The notes beneath the pieces are model-generated. The model searched no databases. It saw nothing but the letters and a program-made list of their open reading frames with translations, and had not been told where the DNA came from. This document shows, piece by piece, positions 63,005 to 64,000 of a stretch of DNA of 64,000 nt. How positions within the stretch are numbered: the first letter of the stretch is position 1; the number at the start of each line of letters is the position of its first letter. The DNA is from Octopus vulgaris (lineage: Eukaryota). The position numbers and the translations under genes are program-made. The stretch lies in contig OX597820.1 in assembly GCA_951406725.2 (NCBI GenBank), positions 15,438,001-15,502,000 of the forward strand, in the 5' to 3' direction.

Positions 63005-63520
63005 TAGTGTTATCATGTACATTGTTTTGTCTTGATATAAAAGATGGGCTATAGCAAATATTCTGCTTAATACCTCAGATTTGCTTGTCAGTCATTTGAC
63101 CATAACCAGTTGAGCATGTCCCTTAGTGACTGATGATATGTGCATTTCTGATCATGAGCAGAAGTAGTAGAGGAGCATCATATCATAGCCATGTGTTGAG
63201 AGGAATTCTTTGGGGTTTGAATAATTCACCTTTGGAAACATGGGTGTTTCGTTCAACATTCTTAAACAACCCTTATTCCGGGACTATTTGAGTAGGATGG
63301 GCTACTCGACCAGAAGATAATTGTAACTGAGCCCCATTTTCAAGGTCATGCACTATTTATCTTGATATGAGATCACCATGTTGCGCATATGGTTGTGATG
63401 CATGTGCCTGGTGTACCCTTATCAGACAGGTAGTCATAATGGATATACTGGGCTTTGTATATATTACCCTACCGTCACTTTGATGGCATGCACTGCTCTC
63501 TCACTCAATAATAATAATAT
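63005..63520 (+). mobile_element. Probable retroelement 3' portion ending in (AAT)n
   Basis: GC-balanced segment that interrupts a SINE B head and ends in caataataataata. Clade not assigned. Confidence 0.45.
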
Positions 63521-63698
63521 TGATAACAGAAGAAAAAGATCAGTATTTAATTGAGTTTAAACCCATGAAAGTTGTAATGCCGTAAATGGTTTCAACTTTG
63601 CATAATACTTAACTCTTTCAGTGCATCATCTGTCTTAGAACAATCCAGTAGGGTTTTCTACTTGTACATAGACTGCTCTGAAGTGGTTTATAATGAGG

Positions 63699-63897
63699 GG
63701 CAAAATGCTTAGTAGTATTTCGTCTGCCGCTATGTTCTGAGTTCAAATTCCGCCGAGGTCAACTTTGCCTTTCATCCTTTCGGGGTCGATTAAATAAGTA
63801 CCAGTTATGCACTGGAGTCGATATAATCGACTTAATCCGTTTGTCTATTCTTGTTTGTCCCCTCTATGTGTAGCCCCTTGTGGGCAGTAAAGAAATA
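63699..63897 (+). mobile_element. SINE A, 5'-truncated, with 14-bp TSD
   Basis: ggtttataatgagg at 63685-63698 and 63898-63911. Confidence 0.9.
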
Positions 63898-64000
63898 GGT
63901 TTATAATGAGGTCAAAGTTTATATTGTCCGGTAGCTAGCTCTACAGAGTTATCTGTCAGAAAAGTACCCAGGCATTATACAAATGTATATGCTCAACTCA

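Overview
This is AT-rich, repeat-saturated animal DNA. The repeat families look like an octopus (coleoid cephalopod) genome; that is an inference from family recognition, not a database result. The only host coding sequence I can support is one 192-bp phase-0/0 exon (minus strand, 42836-43027) encoding the N-terminal coiled coil of liprin-beta (PPFIBP1/2-like), so the window is most likely two very large introns of that gene. The rest is tRNA-derived SINEs, 5'-truncated LINE ends (CR1-like, RTE, R4/Dong, HERO/NeSL-like, L1/Tx1-like), a Penelope-like RT/GIY-YIG remnant, Tc1/mariner, Tigger, piggyBac-like and Helentron-like non-autonomous elements, and microsatellites. The most interesting signals are: (1) a CpG-retaining, repeat-poor island at about 11.4-15.3 kb with a candidate non-coding first exon, suggesting an internal promoter; (2) three LINE-SINE shared-tail partnerships visible within the window; (3) several dispersed, degenerate Penelope-type hammerhead ribozyme motifs, one inside a 46-bp-arm palindrome; (4) an inverted copy of local intron sequence fused to an RTE insertion; (5) a near-identical inverted pair of young CR1 copies. 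I found no evidence for a novel multi-gene system. Most ORFs in the track are repeat or microsatellite noise. Repeat boundaries are approximate unless a TSD or TIR is quoted.
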